Assembly: GCA_036149055.1 (NCBI GenBank)
Contig: JAYZQJ010000136.1
Span: 1-21,080 of the forward strand
Reading direction: 5' to 3'
Source of the DNA: Myxococcota bacterium
Lineage (GTDB): Bacteria > Myxococcota_A > Polyangia > Polyangiales > Sandaracinaceae
Length of the DNA: 21,080 nt
Below, one piece after another: positions 9,626-17,890 of this stretch (position 1 is the first letter of the stretch; each line of letters opens with the position of its first letter). The position numbers were made by a program, and so were the translations under genes. The notes under the pieces were generated by a model. That model searched no databases, was not told where the DNA came from, and saw only the letters and a list, made by a program, of their open reading frames with translations.

Positions 9626-11748
9626 GAGAGCGCCCCCGTCGTGAGCGCCGAGCGCACCTCGGGCCCGGAGAGGATCTCGTCGAGCAGCGACGGCGCGTCG
9701 AGCACGAGCACCACGCGCTGATCGCCGAGATCGGTCGCGCCGGCGAAGCCCTTCACGTCGGCGAGGCTCTTGCCGAGCGGCTTGATGATGATGTCCTGCT
9801 GCCCCTCGAGGCCGGTGACCACGAGGCCGAGGCGCCGCTGCCCGAGCGAGGTCACCACGACGTACTCCTTGCCGCCGTCGGCCCCGTCCTCCTCGAGCGC
9901 CTCGAGGCCGAAGTGCTGCTCGAGCCGGCAGATGGGCAGGGTCGCGCCGCGCAGGGTGATCACCTCGTGCCCCTCCACGCGCCGCACCGACGCGGGATCG
10001 AGGATCAAGGCCTCCTGCACCACGGTGAGCGGGATGCAGAAGGTCCGGCCCTTGGAGCGCACGACCAGCGCGCTGATGATCGCGAGCGTGATCGGGAGCG
10101 TGAGCGTGAACTTCGTCCCGATCTGCAGCTGACTCTGCACGTCGACCACGCCGCCGAGCCGCGAGATGTGGGTCTTCACCACGTCCATGCCGACGCCGCG
10201 ACCCGAGAGATCGGTGACCTCGGCCGCGGTGCTGACGCCGGGCAGGAAGATGAGCGCGAGCTTCTCCTGGCGGGCCATCTCGTCGCCGGCCTCGGCCGTG
10301 ATCGCGCCGCGCTTCACCGCGCTCTGGAGGATGGCCTCCTCGTTCATGCCGGCGCCGTCGTCCTCGACCTCGATGACGACGTGGTTGCCCTTCTGATAGG
10401 CGTTGAGCGCGAGCGTGCCGGTGGCCGGCTTGCCCATGCGCTCGCGCTCGTCGGCGCGCTCGATGCCGTGGTCGATCGAGTTCCGGATGATGTGCAGGAG
10501 CGGATCGGTCAGCTCCTCGACGATGAGCTTGTCGACCTCGGTGTCGGCGCCGCTGACCTGGAGCCGGACCTCCTTGCCGTGCTCTCGGGCCACCTGCCGG
10601 ACGGCGCGGGCCAGCCGATCGAAGGTCTGCCCGAGCGGCACCATGCGCACGTCGAGGATGCCGTCCTGCAGATCGTCGAGGTGGCGCTCGAAGGCGCGGT
10701 GCACCCGGTGCAGCTCGGCGGCGAGCGCGCGGTTCTCCGGGTTGCCGCGGACCCGATCGAGCATCTTGCCGACCGTGCTGCGCACGATGGCCAGCTCGCC
10801 CACCACGTTCATCAGGTGATCGAGCTTTCCGATGTCGACGCGCACCGTCTTGGTGACCGAGCGGAGCGAGAGCGAGTCGGCGCTCATCTCCCGCTGCGGC
10901 ACCGGGGGCGGCGCGCTCTCGGGCACCTTCGCCGGGCTCGGCGGGTGCGAGGTCTCGTGCATGGGCGGCGGGGGCGCCGGGGTGAGCCGCGCCGCGTCCT
11001 GGCTCTGCTGCGAGACCGGCTCGAGCACCGCCTCCCCGCCGGCGGCGAGCGCGTCTCGGAGCTCGTCCATCGCCACCCGGCTCGCGAGGAGCACCTCGAG
11101 ATCGATGGCGTCGTCGTCGCCGCCCTCCATCGACGGGAGGTAGGTGATGATCTCGGCGATCGGCTTGGCGCGCGCCTTCAGCTCCTCGAGGTCGCTGTCG
11201 ATCGAGGTGAGCGAGAAGGTCACCCGGAGACGGTAGAGCGGGACGCCCTGCTCGATGTTCGTGCGGAGGCGGTGCTCCTCGTACTCGGTGAGCACCGAGA
11301 GCACGCCGGTGTCGAGGTCGTAGGGGCCGAAGTCGGGCGGCTTCTCGGAGGCGCCGCCCATGACCGCCTGCACCGCGCCTCGGAAGCCGTCGAGGTCGGC
11401 CTCGGGCGCGTCGGGCCCTCCGCTCAGCAGGCGCTGGAGCACCTCGACGCCCTCGAACAGCACGTCGAGCACGCTCTGCGAGAGATCGACCTTGCCGAGC
11501 CGGAGGTGGTCGAGGAGATCCTCCAGCACGTGCGCGACCTCGCCGAGGTCGGCGAAGCCGAACATGCCGGCGATGCCCTTGAGGGTGTGGACCCCTCGGA
11601 AGACCGAGTTGATGAGGTCCGGGTCGGGGTGCCCCTCCTTCTGACCGTGGTCGAGGAGCAGCAGGTCGCGCGAGAGCGCCTCGATGATCTCCTGCGCCTC
11701 GGCGACGAACTCGTTCCGGACGCTGTCTCCGTCGTCGTCGCCGGTCAC
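9622..11748 (-). CDS. cheA: Chemotaxis histidine kinase CheA
   Basis: HPt domain FRGVHTLKG; dimerisation RVDIGKLDHLMNVVGEL; HATPase boxes HIIRNSIDHG, DDGAG and SGRGVGMDVV; C-terminal CheW-like domain; no fused receiver. Confidence 0.97.
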   Translation of the reverse strand: MTGDDDGDSVRNEFVAEAQEIIEALSRDLLLLDHGQKEGHPDPDLINSVFRGVHTLKGIAGMFGFADLGEVAHVLEDLLDHLRLGKVDLSQSVLDVLFEGVEVLQRLLSGGPDAPEADLDGFRGAVQAVMGGASEKPPDFGPYDLDTGVLSVLTEYEEHRLRTNIEQGVPLYRLRVTFSLTSIDSDLEELKARAKPIAEIITYLPSMEGGDDDAIDLEVLLASRVAMDELRDALAAGGEAVLEPVSQQSQDAARLTPAPPPPMHETSHPPSPAKVPESAPPPVPQREMSADSLSLRSVTKTVRVDIGKLDHLMNVVGELAIVRSTVGKMLDRVRGNPENRALAAELHRVHRAFERHLDDLQDGILDVRMVPLGQTFDRLARAVRQVAREHGKEVRLQVSGADTEVDKLIVEELTDPLLHIIRNSIDHGIERADERERMGKPATGTLALNAYQKGNHVVIEVEDDGAGMNEEAILQSAVKRGAITAEAGDEMARQEKLALIFLPGVSTAAEVTDLSGRGVGMDVVKTHISRLGGVVDVQSQLQIGTKFTLTLPITLAIISALVVRSKGRTFCIPLTVVQEALILDPASVRRVEGHEVITLRGATLPICRLEQHFGLEALEEDGADGGKEYVVVTSLGQRRLGLVVTGLEGQQDIIIKPLGKSLADVKGFAGATDLGDQRVVLVLDAPSLLDEILSGPEVRSALTTGALS

Positions 11749-12152
11749 GCCCCCTCCCCCTCCCCAGCGAGCTCGCGCACCAACGCGACGAGGGCCTCGG
11801 CGGTGAAGGGCTTGGCGAGGTAGGCGTTCGCGCCGAGGGTGAGGCCGCGCTCGCGATCGCGCTCGGAGGCCTCGGAGCTGATCACGATCAGCGGCGTGTC
11901 CTTGTGGGACTCGCTCTTCCGCATGAAGCGGATCAGCTCGAGCCCGTTCACGTCCGGCATGTTGATGTCGACGATGGCCAGATCGACCTGCTCGCGCGGC
12001 AGGATGCGCAGGGCCTCGAAACCGCTGGCGGCCTCGATCACCTCGCGCACCACGCCGGCCTCCTCGAGCGCGGCGCGAACGAAGGCGCGCATCGCGCTGG
12101 AGTCCTCGACGACCAGGATGCGGGCGATCAGGGGACCTCCGGGGGCGGACAT
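11745..12152 (-). CDS. cheY: Single-domain response regulator (CheY-like)
   Basis: ILVVEDS, VDINMP and KPF motifs. ATG at 12152 preferred over the track start at 12173 (start uncertain). 4-bp overlap with cheA. Confidence 0.88.
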   Translation of the reverse strand: MSAPGGPLIARILVVEDSSAMRAFVRAALEEAGVVREVIEAASGFEALRILPREQVDLAIVDINMPDVNGLELIRFMRKSESHKDTPLIVISSEASERDRERGLTLGANAYLAKPFTAEALVALVRELAGEGEGA

Positions 12153-12207
12153 GGGGAGCTGGAAGTGTCGCAAATTCGGGGGGCGCTCGTCGAGTACTCG
12201 CCGCGCG

Positions 12208-12552
12208 TCAACGGTCCAGGCGGATCTCCCCCAGCTCGGAGGGGTCGGACTCGCCCACCGGGCCGAGCGCGCGCAGGAACCGGAAGGTGTAGATCCCGGT
12301 CGCGTGTCCGTCGGCCCAGCTGAGGCGCAGGGCGTAGTTGCCGACCGGCTCCACCCCCGCCAGCTCGAGGTTCTCCTTCTCCGCGCCCTCGACCCAGCGC
12401 ACCGGCCCCTGGTGGCCCTGGCAGTAGGCGCAGGGGCAGAAGCCCCGCAGGATGGCGTGGTGATAGGCGGTCGTGGAGCCGTCGCTCCAGTCGATCTCCA
12501 TGCGTCGCGCCCCCTCGGGAGCGCGCAGCTCCACCGGCTCCGGGCTGCTCAT
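12208..12552 (-). CDS. DUF971 / GBBH-like N-terminal domain protein (putative metal or Fe-S binding)
   Basis: IDWSDG, LRGFCPCAYC and VGNYALRLSWADGHATGIY motifs typical of DUF971. The ATG at 12552 overlaps the recO stop (ATGA). Confidence 0.88.
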   Translation of the reverse strand: MSSPEPVELRAPEGARRMEIDWSDGSTTAYHHAILRGFCPCAYCQGHQGPVRWVEGAEKENLELAGVEPVGNYALRLSWADGHATGIYTFRFLRALGPVGESDPSELGEIRLDR

Positions 12553-13328
12553 TCGTCGATCCTCCGATCGTGACTCCGCTGCACCTCGCGAACCTGCGAC
12601 AGGACGTCGCCGCCCGCCAGCCGTCGGCCGAGGTGTCGCTCCAGGAAGGCGTCGAGCACGCGCTGCGCGGCCGCTCGCTCCACATCCGGCCAGTCCTCCT
12701 CCGCGATCTGCTCCCAGGCGCCGGTCGCGGCGCGGGCGAGGGACGAACGGAGGCGGCCCCCGATCTTGAACGGGCCCCCGCCGCAGCCGCGGCAGACGAT
12801 GGCGCCGAGCCGCGCGTCGAAGAGGGCCGCCCTCCCCTCGGGCGCCTCCAGCCCGCAGCGGCCGCACGAGCTGAGGTTCGGGCTGAGCCCGGCGATGGCG
12901 AGCACCCGGAGCGCGAAGGCGAACCGGAGCGCGTCGGTGCCGAGCCGCTCGCAGAGCTCGAAGAAGCGCACCACCGTGGGGAGAAGGCGCGGGTCGGGGG
13001 CCTCGCGATCGGGCAGCGCCTCGCGGACGAGCTCCAGCCCGGCCGCGGCCACGCTCATCCGGGTGAGATCGGTGAGCACCCCCGGGAAGGCGCGGACCAG
13101 GCGGGCCTCGGCGAGCCGCCCGAGGTCGCCTCGGCCGGGCGCGAAGTCGGCCTCGATGAGGGCGTAGGGCTCGAGCGCGCCGCCGAAGCGGCGGCTGCTC
13201 TTGCGGGCCCCCCGCGCCATCACGGCGACCTTGCCGTGCGACTCGGTGAGGAGCGTCAGGATGCGATCGGACTCGCCGTAGGCGACCGAGCGCAGCACCA
13301 CCGCCGCCGTGCGCTCGGTTCGGGCCAC
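12549..13328 (-). CDS. recO: DNA repair protein RecO
   Basis: VVLRSVAYGESDRILTLLT..HGKV..ARGARKS OB-fold start; zinc finger CGRC...CRGC. Confidence 0.95.
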   Translation of the reverse strand: MARTERTAAVVLRSVAYGESDRILTLLTESHGKVAVMARGARKSSRRFGGALEPYALIEADFAPGRGDLGRLAEARLVRAFPGVLTDLTRMSVAAAGLELVREALPDREAPDPRLLPTVVRFFELCERLGTDALRFAFALRVLAIAGLSPNLSSCGRCGLEAPEGRAALFDARLGAIVCRGCGGGPFKIGGRLRSSLARAATGAWEQIAEEDWPDVERAAAQRVLDAFLERHLGRRLAGGDVLSQVREVQRSHDRRIDE

Positions 13329-13345
13329 CGCCCCAGCGTACTTCG

Positions 13346-13777
13346 TCAGGCGCGGAGGTCGAGGGCCGCGGCGGGCGCGGTCGACAGCTCGATCGGCGTG
13401 TCGCGGTGACGCGGCCGGAGCACGATCGAGAGGGCGAGCGTGAAGAGGATCAGCAGGATCACCAGGGCGATCGCGATGCCGAAGCGGCGGCCCTTCTCGG
13501 GCGGGGTGATCGCGGTGATCGGCGCCGGCGCCGCCTCCTCCTGGGGCTGGTCGCGCCGCCCGTAGCGGGCGAGCACGTCGTCCGCGTCGAGCCCCACGCT
13601 GCTCGCGTAGGACTTGAGGAAGCCGCGGGCGAACACCTCACCCGGGAGCGCGTCGAGGTCGTCGTCCTCGATGCGCTGGAGCATTCGAATCGGGATGCGC
13701 GTGGTCTGCGCGATCTCCTCGAGGGAGATCTGCCTCAGCTCGCGCTCGTTCCGGAGATAGGTTCCGAGGGACTCCAT
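13346..13777 (-). CDS. RodZ-like helix-turn-helix membrane protein (short form)
   Basis: MESLGTYLRNERELRQISLEEIAQTTRI and LPGEVFARGFLKSYA HTH motifs, one TM helix (FGIAIALVILLILFTLALSIVL) and a ~22-aa tail. ATG at 13777 is preceded by GGAGGA. Confidence 0.85.
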   Translation of the reverse strand: MESLGTYLRNERELRQISLEEIAQTTRIPIRMLQRIEDDDLDALPGEVFARGFLKSYASSVGLDADDVLARYGRRDQPQEEAAPAPITAITPPEKGRRFGIAIALVILLILFTLALSIVLRPRHRDTPIELSTAPAAALDLRA

Positions 13778-13992
13778 CCGTCCGTCCTCCACCTCGCTGT
13801 CGGCCCCCGCACTTCCGACACGCGAGACGGCACCCGAAAGGGGTGCCGGAATCCCCGACGCCACGCGTCGGAGCGACGCTTCTAGCACGTTTTCGCGGCG
13901 GCGCGGTGTCGGATCCGGACGTTCGTCGGATCCAGTCGCGCTGAATTCCCCGGATCGACCATGATTCCGGGGGCCCAGACCGATCGCAGCGC

Positions 13993-14856
13993 TCACGGGT
14001 TCGCCTCCAGGAGCCGCACGCAGGCGGCCCCATCGTCCGTATCTCGGGACAATTCTACGCAGCGCTCGAGATCGGCGATCGCCTCCTCGCGGTGGCCCGA
14101 GCGCGCTCGGACCTCGCCGCGGAGGCGCCAGGCCGCCTGGAGGCGCTGACAGGTCTCGTTCTCGACCGAGAGGGCCCGGGTCAGAGCCTCCTCGGCCCGC
14201 TCGAGCTCCTCGCGCGCGGTGTGGACCTGCGCCATCCGGTACCAGGCGAGGCAGAGCTGGGGGGAGATCTGCACCGCCTGGCGGAGGGCCTGGAACGCGC
14301 CGTCGTGATCGCCGGCCTCGAGCAGCGCCCAGCCGAGGTTGGTCCACGCCACCGCCGGCTCGCGATTCATCAGGTCGGCGGCCGACGCGCGGAGGACCTC
14401 CTCGGCGTCGGCGTAGCGCTCGGCGTGGATGTACAGCACGCCGAGGCTGTTGTTGGCGTCCGCGTTCAGCCCGGCCCGCGCGGGCACCGCCTCGTTGGCG
14501 CGCATCGCCTCGCGGAAGTGGTGCTCGGCTCGCTCTTGGTCGGCGCGGTGAATCATGAACAGGTTGCCCAGCATCAGGTGGGCTTCGGCGTTGTCCGGGT
14601 CGAGCGTGATCGCCTCGAGCAGGTGCTCGAAGGCGCCGGGGACGTTCTGCTCCTGGTAGAGCCCGATCCCGAGGTCGTACTCGCGCTGAGACCGCATGAC
14701 TTGTTCTCGCGTGGGACCGCCACTGCAGCCGCCGAAGGCGGTGATCAGGAAGAGCGCGACCAAGCAAGAAGCGCCCGCGCGGAGCGCGAGGCGGGCCGGA
14801 CGATGAAGGATCCGAGGGGGGACAGTCAAGGCGATCCGGTTCTCAGAGGAAACCAC
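13993..14856 (-). CDS. TPR lipoprotein, Tgl/PilF(PilW)-like type IV pilus secretin pilotin
   Basis: Hydrophobic stretch ending in a lipobox-like FGGC; TPR motifs (DPDNAEAHLMLG, DANNSLGVLY, AWTNLGWAL); four C-terminal Cys; upstream of a rodZ-like gene as pilF/pilW usually is. Start codon uncertain. Confidence 0.75.
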   Translation of the reverse strand: MVSSENRIALTVPPRILHRPARLALRAGASCLVALFLITAFGGCSGGPTREQVMRSQREYDLGIGLYQEQNVPGAFEHLLEAITLDPDNAEAHLMLGNLFMIHRADQERAEHHFREAMRANEAVPARAGLNADANNSLGVLYIHAERYADAEEVLRASAADLMNREPAVAWTNLGWALLEAGDHDGAFQALRQAVQISPQLCLAWYRMAQVHTAREELERAEEALTRALSVENETCQRLQAAWRLRGEVRARSGHREEAIADLERCVELSRDTDDGAACVRLLEANP

Positions 14857-15511
14857 CGCGCACCTCCTCCTTCATGCCGAGCAGCTCGTACAGCTGACGG
14901 AGGGCGGCGAGGTCCGGGAGGATGATCTTCTCGTCGTGGATCCGCAGGTACCCACCGTCCCGGAGCTGCTGCACCGCGCGCTTCACCGCGTCGACGTCCA
15001 ACCCGACCCGGCTCGACAGCTCGAGCGGCGAGATCGACAGGACGTGCCCGTCGGGCGTGCGCTCGGTCGAGCCGGCGAGGCGGACCAGGGTGTTGACCAC
15101 CCGCGACGGCTGGTCGCGGAGCATGGCGTTCTCGAGCTGCTCCTCCGCGTGCCGGAGCCGCCGGACGAGCTGCTCGACGAGGCGCAGGGCGACCTCCGGG
15201 TTGCTGGAGAGCAGGACCCCGAACGTCTTGCGGTCGAGCGCGAGGACCGAGACGTCGGTCAGCGCGACCGCGGACGCCCCTCGCGCGCCCTGGCTGAGGA
15301 GCGCGTCCTCGCCGAAGAGATCGCCCGGTCGCAGCACCGTCAGGCTGCGATCCGAGGAGCGGATGCGCTTCACCAGCCGGACGCGCCCCTCCTGGATCAG
15401 GTGGCAGTGCGTCGCGGTGTCGCCCTCCGCATAGATCTGCGTGCCCGCCTCGTACGAGCGGCCGAACCGCTCGAACAGCCTCGCACGCTCCGCCTCCCCG
15501 AGGTCCTCCAC
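14843..15511 (-). CDS. Crp/Fnr family transcriptional regulator
   Basis: cNMP-binding domain (IYAEGD, LIQEGRV, PGDLFGE..L....R.ASA.A) and a C-terminal winged HTH (ELSSRVGL..VKRAVQQLRDGGYL). Confidence 0.92.
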   Translation of the reverse strand: MEDLGEAERARLFERFGRSYEAGTQIYAEGDTATHCHLIQEGRVRLVKRIRSSDRSLTVLRPGDLFGEDALLSQGARGASAVALTDVSVLALDRKTFGVLLSSNPEVALRLVEQLVRRLRHAEEQLENAMLRDQPSRVVNTLVRLAGSTERTPDGHVLSISPLELSSRVGLDVDAVKRAVQQLRDGGYLRIHDEKIILPDLAALRQLYELLGMKEEVRGGFL

Positions 15512-15594
15512 GGCCGCAGGTGGTACTGCGAAGCCAGCCGGACGGCAACCGATCCCGGGAGCGAAGGGCGGGATCGCTGCTACCCTCCGGGCTC

Positions 15595-17082
15595 GTGCAG
15601 CTCGACCCCGGCACCGTCGTCGACCGCAAGTACGAGGTCCTCGCGCCCCTGGCAGAGGGCGGCATGGGGGCGGTGTACCGAGCGCGCCACCTGCTCACCG
15701 AGCAGATCGTGGCGCTCAAGGTGCTCAACGTCGGCCCGGGCGACGAGGCGGTGGCCCGCCGCTTCAAGCTCGAGGTGAGCGTCGCGGCGAAGATCAAGCA
15801 CCCGGGGATCGTGAAGGTCTTCGACGCGGGCACCGACGCGTCGAGCGAGCGCTTCTACCTGGCGATGGAGCTGCTCGAGGGGGAGAGCCTCCGCGACTTC
15901 ATGGAGCGGCCGCGGGCCGACCACGCGCGCGCGGTGCGGCTCCTCGCCGACACCCTCGAGGTCATGGTGGCGGCCCACGCGCAGGGCGTCGTGCACCGCG
16001 ATCTCAAGCCCGAGAACCTCTTCCTCGAGGACGCCCCCGGCGAGCCGCGCCTCCGGGTGCTCGACTTCGGCATCGCGCGCGATCTCGCCGGCCCCAGCGT
16101 GACGACGACCGGCGTCGCGGTGGGCACCGCGCTCTACATGGCGCCCGAGCAGGCCACCGCGAGCAAGCAGGTCGGCCCGGCGGCGGACGTGTGGGCGTTC
16201 GGGGCGATGCTCTACGAGGTGCTGACCGGCGAGCGCCCCTTCGACGGCCCGAGCGCGCACGCGGTGGTGGTCGAGGCGGTCACCATGCCGCACCGGCCGG
16301 TGGCGGAGCTGCGCCCGGATCTGTCGGCGGGCTGGGGCGCGCTGGTCGACGCCTGCCTCACGAAGAAGCCGGAGGGTCGCCCGGGCGCGTCCGAGGTCCT
16401 GCGCGATCTGCGCGCGCTGCTGGACGGCGGCGAGGCCCTCGAGGCGCCCTTCCCGCTCGCCACGCCCCGATCGGTCCCGGAGGACGCGGAGACCGCGCCG
16501 GCCTCGGCGGTCGACGCGCCGTCGCGCGAGGTGATGGTCGGCGCGGTGGACAGCCTGCCCCAGCCGAGCGTGCCGCCTCCGGCCCCGAGCCCGCGGCGCG
16601 CGGCCTGGGTGACCGCGGGCGCGCTCGCGGTGGCCCTCGCCGGCGCCGGCGCGTGGCTGGCCCTGCGGGACGGCGGCGACGCGACCGCCGACTCGAGACC
16701 GGCGGCGCCGCAGGAGACGCCGACCGAGGCGCCCGAAGCCGAGCCGCCGCCCCGGGCCGAGACCGCGATCGAGCCCGATCCCGAGCCAGCCCCGGAGTCG
16801 GAGACGCCATCGCCGGCGCCGCGCCGGGCCGACGCGCGACGGGTCGCGCGCCCCACCCGCCCGGAGCCGCCCCCGCGAGAGACGCACGCGACGGCGCCCG
16901 AGCCGGAGCCGCCGGAGGTCGAGGCGCCGCCGACCCGCGCCGCGGTGCTGCCGGGCGCGGTGACGCCGGTGGTGCGGGCCGTGACCCCGCCTCCGACGCA
17001 GGAGCCGGAGGAGCCTCCCGCGGAGGAGCGCCCCTCGCGCCGCGGCGGCGTGCTCGCCGGGTCGGACGCCTTCCAGCGCTGA
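15595..17082 (+). CDS. Membrane-anchored Hanks-type Ser/Thr protein kinase
   Basis: EGGMGAVY, VALK, HRDLKPEN, DFG, GTALYMAPEQ and DVWAFG motifs; TM helix AAWVTAGALAVALAGAGAWLAL; Pro/Glu-rich tail. GTG at 15595 preferred; the longest start is 15520. Confidence 0.95.
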   Translation: MQLDPGTVVDRKYEVLAPLAEGGMGAVYRARHLLTEQIVALKVLNVGPGDEAVARRFKLEVSVAAKIKHPGIVKVFDAGTDASSERFYLAMELLEGESLRDFMERPRADHARAVRLLADTLEVMVAAHAQGVVHRDLKPENLFLEDAPGEPRLRVLDFGIARDLAGPSVTTTGVAVGTALYMAPEQATASKQVGPAADVWAFGAMLYEVLTGERPFDGPSAHAVVVEAVTMPHRPVAELRPDLSAGWGALVDACLTKKPEGRPGASEVLRDLRALLDGGEALEAPFPLATPRSVPEDAETAPASAVDAPSREVMVGAVDSLPQPSVPPPAPSPRRAAWVTAGALAVALAGAGAWLALRDGGDATADSRPAAPQETPTEAPEAEPPPRAETAIEPDPEPAPESETPSPAPRRADARRVARPTRPEPPPRETHATAPEPEPPEVEAPPTRAAVLPGAVTPVVRAVTPPPTQEPEEPPAEERPSRRGGVLAGSDAFQR

Positions 17083-17107
17083 GGATGCGCTACCCTCGGT
17101 CGCCGTG

Positions 17108-17890
17108 ATGGCGCGCCTCTGTCTGCTGGCTTGCTGGGTGTGGCTCGCGCTCGCCACGCCGGCCCTCGCCCAGTCCTCCCACTACCGGCTCGAGCGCCCG
17201 GCGGGAGAGGTCGACGACGCGACCTTCGAGCGCGCCCGCGGCCTCTACGAGGAGGGCCTGACCCACGTCGACGCCGGCCGCTGGGCGGACGCGCTCGAGC
17301 GCTTCGAGGCCTCGTACCGGCTCAGCGGGATCGCGGCCGCGCTCTTCAACGCCGCGACCACCCTGCGATCGATGGGCCGCCACCGCGACGCGCGCGACGC
17401 CTTCGATCAGCTCCTCGCCGACCACGACGATCTCGACGCGGGGCTGCGCGAGCAGGCGGTCGCGCGGCGGCACGAGGAGGCGGGGCGGGTCGCGCTCATC
17501 CTGCTGAGCGGGCTGAGCGACGCGCCCGACGCCCGCATCCTGCTCGACGGGCTCGCGGTCGAGGTGGAGGCGCGGGACCCGGCCGAGCTCGAGACCGACC
17601 CGGGGCGGCACGCCGTGCGCGTCGAGCGCGAGGGCTTCGAGAGCTGGCGCGAGGAGGTCACGCTCACCGACGGCGAGCGCACCCGCCTGCGGGTGGATCT
17701 CCGGGCCATCGAGACCGCGGCGCCGATCATCGTCGCCGAGGAGGGAGAGGCGATCCACGAGTCGCCGGTCTTCTGGACGATCGTGGGCGTGGTCCTCGCC
17801 GGCGTCGGGGTCGGGCTCGGGATCTTCCTCTACCAGGACGCCCAGCTCCGCCCCGACCCCGGCTTCTCCGATCTGGTGATCACGCCATGA
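17108..17890 (+). CDS. Exported TPR plus PEGA-like domain protein with C-terminal membrane anchor
   Basis: Signal peptide ending PALA; TPR helices (ARGLYEEG..GRWADALERFEASY); PEGA-like DARILLDG..PGRHAVRVEREGF; C-terminal TM FWTIVGVVLAGVGVGLGIFLY. Confidence 0.8.
   Translation: MARLCLLACWVWLALATPALAQSSHYRLERPAGEVDDATFERARGLYEEGLTHVDAGRWADALERFEASYRLSGIAAALFNAATTLRSMGRHRDARDAFDQLLADHDDLDAGLREQAVARRHEEAGRVALILLSGLSDAPDARILLDGLAVEVEARDPAELETDPGRHAVRVEREGFESWREEVTLTDGERTRLRVDLRAIETAAPIIVAEEGEAIHESPVFWTIVGVVLAGVGVGLGIFLYQDAQLRPDPGFSDLVITP

Noticed and set aside
769..14925. Long plus-strand ORFs opposite the che/trp genes (e.g. 1593-3344, 4232-5818, 6539-8641, 9913-11823)
   Set aside because: Antisense shadows expected in high-GC DNA; no recognisable motifs, and they overlap well-supported genes.
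16690..17040. Quasi-repeats (GAGCCG, CCCGAG) in the kinase 3' region
   Set aside because: They encode the low-complexity Pro/Glu linker and are not an independent DNA element.
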